Shown piece by piece: positions 25,003 to 28,350 of a stretch of 28,350 nt of DNA. The first letter of the stretch is position 1. Every line of letters begins with the position of its first letter. The notes under the pieces were generated by a model. It saw nothing but the letters and a program-made list of their open reading frames with translations. It was not told where the DNA came from and did not search any database. Origin of the DNA: Chthonomonadales bacterium (GTDB lineage: Bacteria > Armatimonadota > Chthonomonadetes > Chthonomonadales > Chthonomonadaceae); contig JBBQPO010000046.1 of assembly GCA_038217285.1 (NCBI GenBank), positions 1-28,350 on the forward strand, given 5' to 3'. The translations under genes and the position numbers were made by a program.

Positions 25003-27162
25003 TCAGCTTACCGTAATCAGTTCGAATCCCATATGCGTGCGTTCCAGGGCGCGTCGCAGGAGCGCGTTGGCAGGTTTGGACAGCGCCGGGTCGGCCTCGA
25101 CCAGTTGGAACGCCGTCTCGCGGGTTTCGGTCAGAATATCCATATCGTGGAGAATATCCGCGATCAGAAACTCCGGCAGGCCGCTCTGTCGGGTTCCGTA
25201 AAACTCGCCGGGACCGCGCAGCTTCAGATCCTCTTCCGCGATCAGGAAGCCGTCCCGCGTCTGCGTCATCACATCCATACGGGCGCGGCCCTGTTCGGTT
25301 TTCGGCTCCGCCATCAGGACGCAGAACGAAGCGTTCTGTCCACGCCCGACGCGCCCGCGCAACTGATGCAACTGGGCGAGGCCGAAGCGGTCGGCATCCT
25401 CGATAATGATGACGGTGGCGTTCGGCACATCGATTCCGACTTCGATCACCGTGGTGGAGACCAGAATATCGAGTTCGTGCGCTTTGAAGCTCGCCATGAT
25501 CGCATCTTTGTCGTCCGACTTCATCTGCCCGTGCAGCAGGCCCACGCGGTACTGCGGAAAAACGTCTTTCGCGATATGCTCGCTCAACTGCGTGGCGCTC
25601 TTCGCCTGGAGCTTCTCGCTCTCTTCGATGAGCGGGCAGACGATGTAGACCTGATCGCCGGCGCTGAGCAGCCTCTGGGCGGCGGCGTAGACCTGATCGC
25701 GCTTGTCCTGCGTCTTCCAGTGCGTCGTGATCGGCTTGCGACCGGGCGGCAGTTCGTCCAGGACGGAGACATCGAGATCGCCGTAAAGCGTCAGCGTCAG
25801 TGTGCGCGGGATGGGCGTTGCGGTCATCACCAGAATATGGGGGCGCTGCCCTTTTTTCGCGAGCGCCTGCCGCTGCAGGACACCGAATCGGTGTTGTTCA
25901 TCGATGATGACAAGGCCGAGCTTCGCGAACTCGACGCCCTCCTGAATCAGGGCATGGGTGCCGACGGCGAGGCGGGACTGTCCGCTCTCCAGCCGCCCCC
26001 GCACCTCGCGTTTCTCTTTCGCGCCCTGGCTGCCGAGCGAAAGCTCGACGGAGTGCCCGAGCGGCTCCAGCATTCGGCGGAGCACGATGGCATGCTGCGC
26101 GGCCAGGATCTCGGTCGGGGCCATGAGTGCGGCCTGATAGCCGTTCTCCACCGCCATCAGCATGGCGGCCAGCGCGACCATCGTCTTGCCGCTGCCGACG
26201 TCGCCCTGCAGCAGGCGGTTCATGGCGCGTCCACTGCCGAGGTCGGCGGAGATCTCCGCGATGGCGCGCTGCTGCGCTCCGGTCAACTGAAACGGCACGA
26301 TCTCGGCCAGATCGGCGCGCAGGCGCTCCGAGTCTACCTTAAAAGGGATGCCTCGGGCCTCCTGACTGTTAGCACGGCGGCGCAGGGCAAGAAACACCTG
26401 CAGCAGGAAAAACTCCTCGAAGATCAGTCGGCGTCGCGCGGCTTCCAGATCGGCCATCGACTCCGGGAAATGGATATTGCGCATCGCGGTGGGAGCGCTC
26501 ACCAGCTTGTGCCGCAGGATCACATCGGGCGGCAGGCTCTCCTCGATACAGGCAAGATGTGTCTGCAGGACCGTGTCGATCATGCGGCGCAGGCGGGCCT
26601 GCCGGATGCCTTCGGTCGCCGGATAGACGGGGACGATGCGGTTGACGGAGAGCGTGTCGCCGTCCTCGCCGATCTCCTCCCACTCCGGGCTCTGTATCTC
26701 GATGGTCCAGCCGGACCTTCGGGCCTGCCCGTAGGCTACGACCGTCTTGTGCGCCGCCTGTAGGGACTTGAACGTCTTTTCGAGGTAGGGCTGATTGAAC
26801 CAGATCAGCCTCAGTGCGCTGCCGTCGTCGTCGAGCAGGACTTCGGTGATCTGCATGCGGGGCTTCGGATTTTTCGTCGTGGCGGCGATGATCTTGCCGC
26901 GCACCGTGACGAACTCTCCGCTCTGCACCTCGGCGACACGGCAGAAATGTGTGCGGTCTTCCCAGCGGCGCGGCAGATGCCGCAGCAGATCCCCGACGGT
27001 GCGCAACTCCAGCTTGTCGAGCGTCGCGGCGACCTGCGGACCGACGCCTTTCAGAAACTGAAGCGTATCGTCCAGACGAGGAACAGGCCCCTGACCCGGA
27101 CTGGGAGCAACGCGCACAGGTTCGTTCTGACCTACCGGCACGACCGCCTCCTGTGGTTCCAT
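25003..27162 (-). CDS. recG: ATP-dependent DNA helicase RecG
   Basis: LKGVGP, wedge domain WFNQ, QGDVGSGKT, DEQHRFGV, MTATPIPR, QLRGRVGRG, DLKLRGPGE. Confidence 0.98.
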   Translation of the reverse strand: MEPQEAVVPVGQNEPVRVAPSPGQGPVPRLDDTLQFLKGVGPQVAATLDKLELRTVGDLLRHLPRRWEDRTHFCRVAEVQSGEFVTVRGKIIAATTKNPKPRMQITEVLLDDDGSALRLIWFNQPYLEKTFKSLQAAHKTVVAYGQARRSGWTIEIQSPEWEEIGEDGDTLSVNRIVPVYPATEGIRQARLRRMIDTVLQTHLACIEESLPPDVILRHKLVSAPTAMRNIHFPESMADLEAARRRLIFEEFFLLQVFLALRRRANSQEARGIPFKVDSERLRADLAEIVPFQLTGAQQRAIAEISADLGSGRAMNRLLQGDVGSGKTMVALAAMLMAVENGYQAALMAPTEILAAQHAIVLRRMLEPLGHSVELSLGSQGAKEKREVRGRLESGQSRLAVGTHALIQEGVEFAKLGLVIIDEQHRFGVLQRQALAKKGQRPHILVMTATPIPRTLTLTLYGDLDVSVLDELPPGRKPITTHWKTQDKRDQVYAAAQRLLSAGDQVYIVCPLIEESEKLQAKSATQLSEHIAKDVFPQYRVGLLHGQMKSDDKDAIMASFKAHELDILVSTTVIEVGIDVPNATVIIIEDADRFGLAQLHQLRGRVGRGQNASFCVLMAEPKTEQGRARMDVMTQTRDGFLIAEEDLKLRGPGEFYGTRQSGLPEFLIADILHDMDILTETRETAFQLVEADPALSKPANALLRRALERTHMGFELITVS

Positions 27163-27194
27163 ACCGTGAACAACGGCCTCCAGAACGCTGCGGT

Positions 27195-27224
27195 ATTGTA
27201 ACAGACGCCTTGTTCGATTGTCAA
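27195..27224 (-). promoter_or_regulatory. Sigma70-type promoter of the recG-coaD-fab cluster
   Basis: Minus strand TTGACA-N18-TACAAT with an extended -10 TG, about 32 nt upstream of the recG ATG. Confidence 0.65.
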
Positions 27225-27513
27225 TGTCGCAAACAACAAAATAGACGGCAACTCTCCGCCGTCAGACCCGCATAGTATACCCTAGTTTTGCGTTTTGAAT
27301 GTGATAAATTGCGCCCACAACAGCGATTTTATTGATCGCGTTTCAGAAGACATACAGAATGACAGGTTCGATTCCAATTCCCTCTCTCGTTGCAGGAATC
27401 GCGCTTCGGCGAACGAAATAGGATGTTGGCAGGCTGTGGGAACCATTCCCTTGTCTCGTTCCAATGCGGTATTTGGGGCCGATTGCCGAAGTTAGGCCTC
27501 ATGAGGTGAACCG

Positions 27514-28209
27514 ATGGAGATAACCTTTGACATAATATCGGCTCGGCTTATCAAAATCCAGTTGGAAGCCGGGATCGATCAGCTTGAGAGGGATGCAAAC
27601 AGCGGGCGCTACAATACGCTATGTATACGCCAACTTGGCCGTGTTGCGATGGCGCTTGGCCACCAAGAGGTCTGCGAACGCGCGATCCTATTGCTCCAAG
27701 TTGCGCCCGCAGAAGCATTCCTTGCAGGGATGATCACCAACATCCAACTCCCCGCAACACCTCCTGAAGGAATGCGAACCCTTGGCTCCTACGAAGAGTG
27801 GAAGGATCGTTTTCCGCCCTACCAGGAGGAAAAAACCGTCGAGCACGTCAAGTCCTCGGCGGCATCCGAGGAACACCTCGCTCTCTGCTTCGAAGGACGG
27901 TTCATGGAAGCCCGCGCCAAAGCCGGGTCGGGGAGACACCTTGAAGAAGTTGGAGTCACCCTTGCCATCCTTGGGGAGTTCGATAACGCTAAGAGCATCG
28001 CTTGCGATTCAGTTCTGGAAGCATTCAGACAACAAGGCGTCTGGCTCGTGCTGGTAATTGAACTCTTTCGGCGCAGGCGAACCGAGGAGTCCACCACACT
28101 CCTGAAGGAACTGGAGTCAGCAGGGCTTGATACTGGAGATCGGATTCATCTAGCCCTAGGATTCGCTGGTCGGGAACCCTGGGGTGGTTATCCGTACCCC
28201 GACTGGTAA
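27514..28209 (+). CDS. Hypothetical helical-repeat protein (lower GC)
   Basis: 231-aa ORF with RBS GAGGTG. No family recognised. The stop codon abuts the terminal IS end. Confidence 0.7.
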   Translation: MEITFDIISARLIKIQLEAGIDQLERDANSGRYNTLCIRQLGRVAMALGHQEVCERAILLLQVAPAEAFLAGMITNIQLPATPPEGMRTLGSYEEWKDRFPPYQEEKTVEHVKSSAASEEHLALCFEGRFMEARAKAGSGRHLEEVGVTLAILGEFDNAKSIACDSVLEAFRQQGVWLVLVIELFRRRRTEESTTLLKELESAGLDTGDRIHLALGFAGREPWGGYPYPDW

Positions 28210-28350
28210 TTGACGTTTAGACTACAGAGCAGCCGAAGATAAACTTTGGCTGCCCCATTGGGTACCTTTCAGTTAACAAGAAAGGAAGGTGCCCACATGG
28301 ATTTTAGCACACTTACCGACTTCCGGCGCAAGACCTAGGCCTGCTTTGGA
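28210..28350 (+). mobile_element. Left end of a multicopy IS (probably IS701-related DDE type), truncated by the window edge
   Basis: Exact inverted copy of 1-141. Hairpin at 28229-28253, RBS, ATG 28297, in-frame TAG at 28336-28338. Confidence 0.65.

Noticed and set aside
28336..28338. Genome-wide TAG recoding
   Set aside because: Several clear genes here (DUF72, pyrK, the phosphatase, tnpB) terminate at TAG at their expected C-termini.
1..28350. Linear plasmid/phage with terminal inverted repeats, or a mobile composite transposon
   Set aside because: The content is core chromosomal genes, and the repeat length equals a common assembler k-mer and runs off into an IS-like ORF.

Overview
A 28.35-kb GC-rich bacterial chromosomal segment; the gene set and order suggest a Terrabacteria lineage such as Armatimonadota (inference). 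Both ends carry the same 141-bp sequence in inverted orientation. It looks like the left end of a multicopy IS and most likely marks assembly breaks. Core genes are recG-coaD-coiled-coil protein-yceD-rpmF-plsX-fabH-fabD-fabG-acpP-fabF, mfd, a dgoD-like dehydratase, an orphan pyrK, a DUF72 gene and a BNR sialidase. Accessory features: (i) a complete 1583-bp IS200/IS605 element (12103-13685) with an intact tnpB and an internally deleted tnpA; it is inserted at codon 9 of a small phosphatase-like gene whose two halves rejoin in frame, and it has an unexplained structured ~200-nt left region; (ii) a SAM methyltransferase frameshifted at a (CT)5 tract; (iii) a lower-GC islet after fabF with an orphan RHH/DUF433 antitoxin, a WDPIG-motif protein and an unusual HEPN + BolA-like gene pair; (iv) a REPIN-like nested inverted repeat upstream of yceD.
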